Source of the DNA: Octopus vulgaris
Lineage: Eukaryota
Length of the DNA stretch: 64,000 nt
Assembly: GCA_951406725.2 (NCBI GenBank)
Contig: OX597815.1
Span: 104,346,001-104,410,000, forward strand
Direction: 5' to 3'
Made by a program: the position numbers and the translations under genes
In this document: piece by piece, positions 24,452 to 35,571 of the stretch
Layout: the number at the start of each line of letters is the position of its first letter
How positions within the stretch are numbered: position 1 is the stretch's first letter
Notes under the pieces: model-generated
The model's input: the letters and a program-made list of their open reading frames with translations, nothing else
Databases searched by the model: none
Told to the model about the DNA's origin: nothing

Positions 24452-25336
24452 CAGGGTGTCCCAAAAGTCACTGATAGGTTTCAAGTTTTAATAGCTTCCT
24501 TAGATTTATAAATAAATGCATGAAAGTTTGATACAATATAAAAAAGGACATAATGGAAATTAATATGCATAAGTCAAATTTTGCAACACCACAACATCAC
24601 ATATGAAAAATTAGATTGCTTAAATTGGAGCCATATTCAGCTTCACACACCTGTGTTCTTTCCAAAACTTGCACCATAACAACCTAATGAGTTTCAGGCC
24701 CCACTTCTCTGATTTCTCTATTGGTGTTCTCTTTCAGTTGCACCAGGGTCTCCGGTTTGCTTGTGTAAACCCTCTCTTTCAGGTATGCCCACAAGAAAAA
24801 ATCCAGGCTAGTCAAATCTGGGGAATGTGAAGGCCAGTTGACATTGCCACAGCAGGAGATTATTCTCTCTCCCAAGTACTGCCATAGCAACTGCATTGTT
24901 TCTCTTGTGGTATGAGAAATTGTCCCATCTTGCTGAAACCATGTGTTCCCCAGACTTGACTTGTCTGGATTTTTTCTTGTGGAGATACCTGAAAGAGAGG
25001 GTTTACATCAACAAACTAAAGATACCTGAAAGATAGAGTTTACATCAACAAACTGGAGACCCTGGTGCAACTGAAGGAGAGCACCAGTAGAGAAATCAGA
25101 AAAGTGGTGTCTGAAACTCTCAAGGGTGTTATGGTGCAAGTTTTGGAAAGAGCACAGGTATGTAAAGCCGAAAATTACTGCCATTTAAGTGATGTCATTT
25201 TTCATATGTGATATTGTGGTGTTGCAAAATTTGACTTATGCAGATTAATTTCCATTACATGCTTTATATTTTATCAAAATTTCAAGTATTTATTTGTAGA
25301 AAGTTGAAACCCATCAGTGACTTTTGGGGCACCCTA
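24452..25336. mobile_element. Tc1/mariner DD41D (rosa-type) foldback derivative built from two 3' ends
   Basis: TA-CAGGGTGTCCCAAAAGTCACTGAT terminus and its inverse; ~390-bp arms; minus strand WFQQDG...WPSHSPDLTSLDFFLWAYLKERVY with 41 residues between the last two catalytic Asp; right arm encodes SPDLTCLDFFLWRYLKERVY on the plus strand. Confidence 0.9.
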
Positions 25337-25584
25337 TATATATATATAAAAATCACTGTTCATCATATAGTGATATGATGAACAGAAAATAGACAATTAC
25401 TTGCAGACCACATTTGGAGTAATGCTTCAAGGTCTCTGTATACCTTAAAACAAAATCCATTCATGGACATGGAGTGGATAAAATGTGTGAAATTAGTAAC
25501 CCAGACAGTAATTAATTAAAACAAACCAAAGCAAGAGTCAATGCCAATTGGATATCCAAGTAGATATTCACACAAAGTTGATAA

Positions 25585-25783
25585 CTTTTTCTACTCTAGG
25601 CACAATTTTTGGGGGAGGGTGGTTCAGTCGATTAGATTGACCTCAGTATGTAACTGGTACTTAATTTATCGAACGTGAAAGGATGAAAGGTGAAGTCGAC
25701 CTTGGCGGAATTTGAACTCAGAACGTAAAGACAGACAAAATACCACTAAGCATTTTGATTATGTTTCTGCCAGCTTGCTGCCT
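25585..25783 (-). mobile_element. tRNA-derived SINE, same family as 17358-17574
   Basis: 18-bp perfect TSD ttcacacaaagttgataa at 25567-25584 and 25784-25801. Confidence 0.92.
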
Positions 25784-26652
25784 TTCACACAAAGTTGATA
25801 ATGAAGGTGGTTACAAATAAGATCAAACGAAGTTCAAAGGGAAGAAAATGACATTCCACAAGAGTGCTAAGATGTGGAAAAGAATCTTTGAATCAATACG
25901 TTACATTTTATAGTTGGGTAATAATAGAAGCTTCTGTTAATGAAGAATCTTGCCTCTCACAATATTGAGACATTCTCATGGCACTGGCACACAAAATGGA
26001 AAAGGCGTTTCTCCAGAGGATAGCGAGGGAGGAGGTCAATGCATCCTTTATTGCCTTTGGAGGAATAAACAACAGTTTTGGGAGGAAGTATACCTACTGC
26101 TGACAGACACTCAAAACTGCAAATGCTAAAACATTCACACATGAATACCCACAAAATGGTCTGGCACCACTGCACCTGTGTGCTTACCAACAGGTGAGAA
26201 TTCACACTCATACACTTGCACTTGTCCAAATACACTGCACACATTCGTTCCCATGCATTCTTACATGCACACCCCCACACAGTTTTTATACAGAATTATA
26301 TTGATGCATTCACATGCACACACACACACACCCATGTGCCTATATGTGTGTGAGTGGGTGTATATGTATTTGTAAATATGAATGTGTATGCATGTTATTT
26401 GTTTTGTTTATTTTAAGTCAGTTTTTCTATGCTGGTATTGGCTGGCTGGATACTTATTGGTTGCTGTATCTTACATTAGATGCTCTTCCTGTCAACAACT
26501 TGTACCAGTTCTTCTTGTACGGAATTTTTTACTTCAGTAAAATTGAATGTGCAAAGCAAAAGGATATTATGTTCGCTAAACATATCAATACATCATTTTT
26601 TTTTTCTTTTGCAAAAACAACTTCATGCAAAAAAGTGAAGGTAATAATTTCA

Positions 26653-26697
<45 letters not shown>

Positions 26698-26857
26698 GAT
26701 GGGCTTCCATCTAGCAATTCCATTCACAAGGCACTGTTTAGCTATAGTATAAAACCCAGAAGCACTGTAGTCAGTACCTAAGGCCATGTGATTGTGAAGC
26801 AAGCTTCTTAACCACGAAGCCATGCATGCTCATGTGTAAATACTACTTAGTTTGCTC

Positions 26858-26954
26858 ATACATACATACATACATGCATGCATACATACATACATACATA
26901 CATGCATACATACATACATACATACATACATACATACATACATACATACATACA

Positions 26955-26982
<28 letters not shown>
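26858..26982. repeat. (TACA)n microsatellite
   Basis: Direct reading. Confidence 0.95.
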
Positions 26983-26985
<3 letters not shown>

Positions 26986-27199
26986 GTACATGTGTATATA
27001 TATATATATATACATACTTACATATGTACATGTATAGATGCATTCACATAAATATAATATAAATGTATGTGAATAAACCACATGGTCATTGCAACAGCAG
27101 ATATCAATAGCTATGGCAGCAACAGAGTAGAGGAAATTACAGACTCCTATAGCAAACGGGGACAATCATAAAACCAAGCCAAACCTAAGTTATTTATCC

Positions 27200-27976
27200 T
27201 AGATAGCCTAAAAACATACATACCATCACAGTTCGTTCTTAGGCAATTCATATAAACAGCCATATCATAGATAAGTTCAAGATGAATCTTATAGATATTT
27301 TCAAAGAATTCAGCCAAAATATAACTGTTATCACCAACTTGACAAAGATCAACATCTTGGACAGAACCCTAGCTCTCAAGATAGGTAACTGTACAGAAAC
27401 CAATGAGAAAGCTGTTTATATTCATGGATACTCCATCTATCTCCCAGCTGTAATTAGACATTTAATCACAGATATCAATAGAAGAATCTCTAATTTATCA
27501 GCAGACAGAGAGATCTTCAACAATAATGAGATACTAGCAAGAAAGGCTGATAAGTAAGTGCATATGAAGATACTCCACCCCAATTCCGAAGAGAGTCAGA
27601 AAGAAAAAGGTAATCTGGTTTATTCCTCCATCCAGTCTGAAGGTTTCTAAAATATAGCTTGGAACTTCTTAACACTAATTTGAAAACTTTTACCAGGGGC
27701 CCTTCGACATCATAAATTCTTTAATTTGCATAATTTCAAGGCTAGATACTCATGCTTAGATAATAATGCTTCTAACATTGCATGATACAACAAAACAAAA
27801 CACACATCCACAGAATCTTTAGTCTTCACTTCAACATATAACTACCAAAATTCTGCCAAAAGGAGGATTTTACCTTTCAAAAGCTGTGGTCTGTAGAGCT
27901 ATCTTTCCACCATCCAATGGCATCAAGAAATACTACATGGCCATGACAGCCAATGACATTAAGGAAGGATTCATGC

Positions 27977-28023
<47 letters not shown>

Positions 28024-28270
28024 ATGCACACACCTTCAAGTATAATGATAAGGAATACCTCACCTCTCAGTTTCTCTTCAGTTGAAGACTCCTGGACCAT
28101 GAGAACGACATCCATAACATCAAAGAGTGCATACTTAAGAAAGCCTCTCCTTACTCATCTATACATGAAATTGCCAACTCTGCATCTGTGAGAAGCACAC
28201 ATACAACATGCTCTCAATATCTATTAACAGGAAAACAGATCTATCCTATACTATTGCAATCAGAGGCATG
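27200..28270 (+). mobile_element. Degraded Penelope-like element (RT C-terminus plus GIY-YIG relic)
   Basis: ITVITNLTKINILD...YIHGYSIYLPAVIRHL..INRRISNLSADREIFNNN; RKKVIWFIPP; VVCRA...YYMAMTANDIKEGF resemble a PLE thumb and GIY-YIG; (CA)n expansion inside. Confidence 0.7.
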
Positions 28271-28847
28271 CTCTGTAAATGAACTTCAAATCATCAGTCA
28301 CAGAGAACCCAGAAATACTAACATAGGACCAGCTGGTCAATGCACATTTATAGTGTCATAGAAATTACAGCCTACTATTGCCCATGCTAGTTACACCAAC
28401 TCATATGTAAGCTGACACACTCAAGTCAATTAACTTTGTATGTAGTAACTGTTGTCTACTTAATTTCAATTGACATCAACATCCTTTCTGCTCTACCATG
28501 TGTAAAAGCCAATGTAAGAACTGATGTCATTGAAATATCACAACTTGCAGGATGTCAACTAACTGAGGCCTACATTTTGTTTGCTCAACCATTTGAGGGT
28601 CCTTGTGAAAGAACTGGTGCCACTTAGATAAAACAACCACATGACATGAATTGATCAACTGAGTCGTAAATACTTACACCTAAAAGATGCTTTAAATTTC
28701 TTTTAAAATCTCTTCACATTGAATATCTAATGATGTACACTTGTTCTATGTACTCAAAACTTTAAGAAACATGGAACTAAGTCAAACAGTTATTAAATAA
28801 ATATGTGCATTTAATATAAATATATACTATATAGACAGTATATATAT

Positions 28848-28857
28848 ATATATATAT

Positions 28858-28915
<58 letters not shown>

Positions 28916-28959
28916 TGACAGAGAGATAGAGAGATAGAGAGAAAGATAGATAGATAGAG

Positions 28960-29018
<59 letters not shown>

Positions 29019-29055
29019 GAGATAGATAGATAGATAGATAGACAGACAGACTGAC

Positions 29056-29116
<61 letters not shown>
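28848..29116. repeat. (TA)n/(GATA)n compound microsatellite
   Basis: Direct reading. Confidence 0.95.
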
Positions 29117-29128
29117 TGGCAAGTCTAT

Positions 29129-29343
29129 AGGATTACCCTGGGTTTCACGTCCATAAAATGCTTAGCTTTACAGTGTTTCTTTAGACTCTAAAACCCATTG
29201 GCCTATGGCCTCTCTTGCAAATGGCCTCCTCCATTTTCTAGAGAGTTCACTTGCTAGAGAGGCCATAGGCCAATAGATTTTAGGTTCTGAAGAAATGCTG
29301 TAAAGCTAAGCATTTAATTGACATGAAACCCGGGGTAACTCCT
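29129..29343. mobile_element. Foldback with hammerhead motifs in both arms
   Basis: ~90-bp imperfect arms; plus strand CTGAAGA (29287) ... GAAAC-ccggg-GTA (29325-29337); the left arm carries the mutated mirror copy. Confidence 0.8.
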
Positions 29344-29525
29344 TCGACCAACCATATCCATCTTTATCTATATACTCTACTGCTCTATAACATAGAGTGT
29401 GCTTCTCTTTTGGATTTATGCTTTTCTGAAAATGTGTGTGTGTGTGCATGCATGTGTGTGTTAATATACATGAATATATAAATATATTATATATATAGAG
29501 AGAGAACAGCTTACTTTTATGCATG

Positions 29526-29681
29526 TTTCATTAAATACCTGACTATGTTCAAGTTTTATCTTTCTTATTTTATATTCTTTATTAGCTTATTGAAAACCAA
29601 CTGTATAAAGCTAATAAGAAAATATAGAAAACATAAAAGATAAAAGATTAAACTTGAACATAATCAAGTATTTAATGAAAT
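29526..29681. mobile_element. AT-rich foldback next to (TA)n
   Basis: tttcattaaatacctgactatgttcaagttt / aaacttgaacataatcaagtatttaatgaaa. Confidence 0.7.
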
Positions 29682-29700
29682 TTGTATATATATATATATA

Positions 29701-29923
29701 AAAATTATAATTTAGGGTATTTAAGAGATACCTCCACGCTGGAAATAGCAGACAAAACTTGACTCTAAAACCACAGTAGAGTCAAGTTTTGGCTGCTATT
29801 TCCAGCGTGGAGGTATCTCTTAGATGGTCTAAATTATAATTTTAATAATAATTATTACCTTTGAAGGTTTATATTCCCGTGCTGGCCACTTGATGAGATC
29901 GATAATTAAATTAACGATCTTAT

Positions 29924-29928
<5 letters not shown>
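29701..29928. mobile_element. (TA)n-embedded foldback: ~66-bp arms plus ~85-bp tail
   Basis: agagatacctccacgctggaaatagcag / ctgctatttccagcgtggaggtatctct; (TA)n on both sides. Confidence 0.88.
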
Positions 29929-29979
<51 letters not shown>

Positions 29980-30988
29980 TTATATAATTTAGTGAAAACA
30001 CGTATTTCTGTTATATTTTATTAAGGCCTTTTGTTTTTTTAATATTTTCTGTGAGTTTCATACAGTTTGTTTGAACAGCAAAGTTTCCAAGTCCGCAATC
30101 AACTTTTCTAGATTTTTACATCCTCATCTTCTAGATGAAGTGATGTTGCTGCTTATGTGTGGTAGACAAGATCAAGGGGTTCAATATTGATATTACTGCT
30201 ATAATTTGAAGTTTTGGCTGTTAGATTCATATGTTATCTCATAGCACAGCATTCTGTTTTCCTATGAGTGTTACTTCCATCTTTAACCATCTGTTTTCTT
30301 AATGAGTTTTGTATAGAATCATTGTGTTGTCAACTAATGTTTTCCTATCTTTATTTTTTCGTGTTTTATCTTTTGTGATGTAGTGCATTGCAGTTGGTCC
30401 TAATTTTAAGTATATTGTGAACCTATGGTAATGTGTCATAAAACACTAAAATAAAAAATTTCAATAATAACAACCCACAACTTTGGAGCTACTAATAATG
30501 CATACGATTTACAAAGCTGATTGCAAATGTGAGTTATAAACTTTATAACTAATTATTATATTGACTATGCAAGTATAACATTCTACCACCACCTCATCAT
30601 GCTCCTATAACAAGGAGTAGTTGCAATGCAATAGTCTAAATTTTTAGTCCAGCCATGCCAGTCATATTTGTCTCTGAAGGGTAAAGATTTTCTTTTGTTT
30701 CTTTGGATATTTTCTGTTGTAAGCTAAATTTTATGGGAAAAATTTGACTGTCCTGAGTTCAAAGCTTCCTCTCTCACCAGGGCTGGGAGTTGGTTGGCAT
30801 TCTCACCTGAATGATAATGAGATGGAGAACAGCCAACTCGCACACATGCACGTATTCTCACTGAAGCACATGCACATTAATGCACAACACACATATAGAC
30901 ACACACACAAGCTAACACACACTCATACACACTGACATACACATAAGCTCACTCGTACACAGACACACCCACATATTTTGTTTGGAGT

Positions 30989-31140
30989 GCCAATAAAAAT
31001 CCTTATTGAATCAAATTGACTCAGATAATTGATCAGCATCTATTCAGACCACGTCAGTCATTTTATTTGTTTTTCTACCGACTGAATAGATATTGATCAA
31101 TTATCTGTGTCTATTTGACTTAGTAATTGTTTTGATTGGC
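30989..31140. mobile_element. Foldback, ~60-bp imperfect arms
   Basis: tcaaattgactcagataattgatcagcatctattcag / ctgaatagatattgatcaattatctgtgtctatttga. Confidence 0.7.
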
Positions 31141-31344
31141 ATAAAACTATAGCTGCCATGCCAAACGTGATTGAGAAATGTAAAAAATAAAAGTAACTTT
31201 TCAACACATATTGTGTTCTCTCTACACTCACTGCATATGACGCAATTTCAGATATATATAAATATATATTTGATTAGAGGTTGTGTTAACTTCATCCAAG
31301 GAAATACTGGTTCAATACCTAGTATTTTGGGGGAATTAATTTTC

Positions 31345-31560
31345 TTAAAATAATCGGTATATTCAAAACTATTAAAAAGGTTGCAACATGCAACGGAAAT
31401 TTTAGGAAAATAAAAATAAGAAATAGGTGGAAATTTTACCGGTAAGTGTGTTAAATAATAAGGCACAAAAAGAAAATGACTCTCCCCAAACACAACAGAA
31501 TATGCTTCAACACACGAACTCATATAAAGAATTGTGCAAACCAAATCCAAAAACGAAATT

Positions 31561-31565
<5 letters not shown>
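31345..31565 (+). mobile_element. Single-arm copy of the repeat that forms the 39527-39843 foldback
   Basis: ggaaattttaccggtaagtgtgttaaataataaggcacaaaaagaaaatgactctccccaaacacaac matches 39701-39768; ends in (TA)n. Confidence 0.8.
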
Positions 31566-31636
<71 letters not shown>

Positions 31637-31668
31637 GTTTATATTCATATAAAAAAGGAAAAAGAAAT

Positions 31669-32068
31669 TGGAAATTAGGAAGTTAATAATTGTTTATTAT
31701 TAACAGCAAATTTACCATCTTCACTTACAGCTGTTTCAATTTTAGTAAATATTAAATTTATATTTATATGACCTGAACATAATATCATCAGAGGGGAAAA
31801 AATATACCCTAGGATGTTTTATATGTGTTTATAGATTATGTGTTTATGGATTATTGTTTATGGATTTTATGTTTATGGAATCCATAAACACATATAATAC
31901 ATCCAAGGATATATTTTTTACCCTCTGAAGATATTATATTCAAGTCATATAAATATGAATTTAATGTTTACTTAATATTTACTGAGTATTAATTGAAATG
32001 GTTGTAAGTGAAGATGATAAATTTATTGTTAATAATAAAAAATTACTACTTCCTAATCTCCATCTTCT

Positions 32069-32070
<2 letters not shown>
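31669..32070. mobile_element. (TA)n-embedded foldback, ~170-bp arms, with hammerhead core
   Basis: Left arm minus strand: CTGATGA ... GAAAC-AGCT-GTA; right arm plus strand: CTGAAGA ... gaaatggttgta; loop has tandem tgtttatggatt. Confidence 0.85.
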
Positions 32071-32122
<52 letters not shown>

Positions 32123-32123
<1 letters not shown>

Positions 32124-32285
32124 TATTAATTACTAGTGAAGGCCCATGGCCATCAGGTCTTAGGTTCTGAAGGCCTTGGTGAGAAACTCAGGTTCACCCT
32201 ATAAACTGTTCTTCACCAGTAATTAATATAGACTGCTCTACTTTTTAGAATGTGCTTTTTCTCCAGATTTATGTTTTTCCAAAAA
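32123..32285. mobile_element. Short foldback plus tail after (TA)n
   Basis: atattaattactagtgaag / cttcaccagtaattaatat; interior resembles the 29260-29340 arm. Confidence 0.55.
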
Positions 32286-32311
32286 AACTGATTATATACA
32301 CATATATGTAT

Positions 32312-32500
32312 ATCGCCATGATCGACCCCTAAAGCTTTCTTTATTCTCTCTCTGTTTATTTTCTTATGTCCCTTTCTGTTGAAGAGCGTAGGCTCGAAAC
32401 ATAAAAGGCTTTCTCACCTTCCCAAGCATTAAACTAATACACCTGTTTGTTGTTTACACACCTGTCTTCGTCTTTTTTTTTTTTTTGTAAATTCCAACTA
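32312..32500 (+). mobile_element. PLE-like terminal repeat with hammerhead-like motif (copy 2)
   Basis: ctgttgaa-GAGC-gtag-GCTC-GAAAC and ctaatacacctgtttgtt...gtcttcgtctttt shared with 14990-15173. Confidence 0.55.
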
Positions 32501-32846
32501 TAGACAGACTGATGGATAGATAAATAGATATATTGGACATGTGGCACACAGTGCACCTGTACAGTTAATGTCGATTTGATGGAGGGAGTGACTTTATGCA
32601 TACACAAACATTTGATCACTATAAACAAATCATATGTCATTTAACGACAGGAGAGTTTTTGGTGCCCCAGCATGGCCACAGCTTGTGAGCTGAAGCTAGA
32701 TAAAAAAAAATACACACACATATACATACATTAATACATACATACATACATACATATATATATACATAAAGAAAAAATTATTAAATAACGTCTTATATTA
32801 TCGACTGCTATTTCCAGTAAATATTGGTGCATTGTTGTACCATTAT

Positions 32847-32881
<35 letters not shown>

Positions 32882-32885
<4 letters not shown>

Positions 32886-34859
32886 GAAATGAAGAAAATG
32901 CTGACAAAATAATTTAAGTAAGGGAGAGTGTATTTAATTAGGTGAAAGTTCTTTTTTTAAACAAAAAAAGAGAAAAATTGGGTTAGAATACAATGTTCAT
33001 TTTTTGTGAATGATTTCAGTGTATAAGAAAAAAAGTAAGTCTTTTACAGTGTTCTGTTTCAGAATAAGATATTTAGTAAAAGCGTGTAATATACAGTTTT
33101 TTGTGGAAAAGTTCAATGTCAGATTTCAGTGTAGAATAAAAAAAGTAAGAGTTTACCGGTTGCACATTTGTTATGCTTATCAAAAGATATTTTGAGTGAG
33201 ATAGAGTTCCTTTCTGATTATTTTTTTCTCTTATCTGACTTTATGTTGTGTTTGCTGTCTCTTATATGTGAAAAAAAAAAGGCTCCAGAGTTGTTTAAGA
33301 TTTGCTTGGTTTCGCGCCTAAAATTTCTTGTGGACAATGGTCAATACAATTTTGATTGGTTATTATAAAGGGGTCACGTGAATGTTTGAATGGAAGTTGG
33401 TGTTGGGGTAAGAAAATAGGCTCCAGAGATGTTAAAATTTGGCTGGTATCGCGCCTAAAATTTCTTATTGGTCATAATAAAGAGGTCACGTGAATGTGGT
33501 CATAATAGAGAGGTCACGTGAATGTTTAGAATGAATGTTGGTGTAGGTGGTGTACGGAGTTTTCGAAAATAGCGTTGTTGAAAATTCTTATTGTTCAGGC
33601 TGGTCAGTAGATGTCATGTGGATATTTTGAATAGCTTTTTAGCGCATAGTTAAGGAGTGTATTTTCCGCTTGACTGAATTTGAGCTGGAAAAGTAAGTTC
33701 GTTTAGGACAGGAAGAGCTATATGTATGTATGTGTGTGTGTGTGTGTGTCTATATGTATGTTGGGGCGCGCGCGCGTGTATATATGTGTGCGTGTGTGGG
33801 TACAATTTTCAATATTTATAGTTCTGCTGGCCTTGTGCCTGTATCAGGAAGCAACGTGTTTGTGTGAAGTCAATATTTACAGTCATTTCCAAAAAATAGT
33901 GTTGGATGTTTTTCACCCGTATCAAATTATGTGTATGTGTGGAACCATATGTTTGCGTGTGTCATGGTGTTAATATCTGGGTAAAAGTGTGTGTAGGGTG
34001 TGTGCTGGTGTAAGTGTGTTTGTTGTGAGTTCGTGTTAGGGGGATGTGTTTAGAAGTGGTCTGTATTTATTAATAAGGTGGGATTCCATGGTTATTCGCT
34101 GGGTATGAGTGGCATTGTCTTTAAATTTGTAGAGGGGAAAGATTCTAAAATTGGGATGAAGTTGTGCAGCACAGGTATCAATATGTGCACTAAGTGCTAT
34201 TTTTCTGTATTCCTGTATTTTTATTTGGGATCTATGGACAGTCATGCGTCGGCGGAGGCTATTTTTAGTTTGGCCTATGTAGTGTTCATTACAGCCCGAG
34301 CAAGTTAAGACATATACTAGGTTTTCTGATGCGCATGCGAAGTTGTGTTTTACTGTGAAACGTTGTCCTTGTTTAAAAAGGAATTCCGGACCTTCTATTA
34401 GGTTGATGCATATACCACAGTTGGGTCTATTGCATTTGTTTACTGTGGGTTTAGTTGTTGTGGTTGGCAGTACTTTGGCATTTGTTAGGATGGTTTTCAA
34501 TGATTTGGGTTACCTTTTGCTCTTTATGATTTCGTGTGTTAGGAGGATTTAGTTCATTCTATGGTCCTTTTTTAATACAGGAAATGTTCTGGAGGATGGT
34601 GTCAAAAGCTTCATTGTTGAGGGGGTTGTGTGTAGAGATGTATGGTAGAGTATGGGGTTTCGATGTAACAAGTTTAGGGCGTCTAAGTTCCTGTGTGCTG
34701 AGTTTTAGGGCGCGTTGGATCCCATTGTCAATTAGTGACGTGGGGTAATCCCTGCTTGTTAATGTGTCCTTAAGTTCTTTCCCTTACTTAAATTATTTTG
34801 TCAGCATTTTCTTCATTTCCTTTTTTATATATCACAACTCGTGTTCCACATCTCCTTTT

Positions 34860-34862
<3 letters not shown>
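32882..34862 (-). mobile_element. 5'-truncated Penelope-like retroelement (C-terminal GIY-YIG, Neptune-like) with inverted terminal copy and tail
   Basis: ORF relic about 34778 to 34036; perfect 44-bp inverted repeats at 32882-32925 and 34780-34823, then a ~39-bp tail; (TA)n on both sides. Confidence 0.9.
34036..34778 (-). pseudogene. PLE RT thumb/linker plus GIY-YIG endonuclease (frameshifted near 34555)
   Basis: RDYPTSLID..LPYISTHNP; CNRPNCGIC zinc motif; NLVYVLTCSGCNEHYIGQTKNSLRRRMTVH; ESHLINKYRPLLN. Confidence 0.9.
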
Positions 34863-34904
<42 letters not shown>

Positions 34905-34908
<4 letters not shown>

Positions 34909-35395
34909 TGGCATCCTTTCTGTCTCGGGAGACAATGGAGTTGCGCATTTTTTTTTTTTTTTTTTTTTTTTTTCTAGGTCTAGTCTGGCTGTTATATTTT
35001 ATTTCCTGTTACATTTCTTGCTGTGGCTGTGTAGTCCTATCCTGGACAAACACTCCCTCTGGCAGGTACTGCAAATGTAGCGAAGACTGTTCCTGGCTGG
35101 TTGTAGTGCCATGGTCTCTTGTTTATGTCTCTTCCTTTCTTTCCATTTCTCCTCTCTCTTTCTGTCACTCCTCTGTATACCCTCTTTTACTGTACGTCGC
35201 CATTCTCCACGGTTGCCGGCAACTGCCTCCCAACCGCTAATGTTGATGTTGCAGGCCTTCATATCCCTTTTGCAAACATCCTTGTAACGTAAAATCGGTC
35301 TACCCACAGACCTAGTACCCCTAGCAAGCTCGCCGTAGAGTATGTCCTTGGGGATTCTGCCATCTTTCATACGGCTAACATGCCCAAGCCATCTC
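34905..35395 (-). mobile_element. 3' fragment of an RTE (BovB/RTE-1-like) LINE
   Basis: RWLGHVSRMKDGRIPKDILYGELARGTRSVGRPILRYKD and terminal C2H2-like CSTCQRECLSRIGLHSH. Confidence 0.9.
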
Positions 35396-35503
35396 ATATA
35401 CACATATATATACATATATATATAAGATAGTGGTACAACAATGCACCAATATTTACTGGAAATAGCAGTCAATAATATAAGACATTATTTAATAAGTTTT
35501 TCT

Positions 35504-35540
<37 letters not shown>

Positions 35541-35571
35541 TGTATGTATGTATGTATGTATGTATGTATAT

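Larger units (their letters stand above)
32767..35506. repeat. 84-bp inverted repeat pair (32767-32850 and 35423-35506) enclosing nested insertions
   Basis: Arms differ at 4 positions; each abuts an internal (TA)n tract. Confidence 0.88.

Noticed and set aside
32930-34030. Hammerhead in the 3' region of the Neptune-like PLE
   Set aside because: No CUGANGA...GAAA pair found by eye; only a degenerate tandem duplication at about 33280-33540
34036-34778. Selenocysteine-recoding Naiad-type PLE
   Set aside because: The GIY-YIG is C-terminal, and there is no in-frame UGA at cysteine positions in the visible ORF
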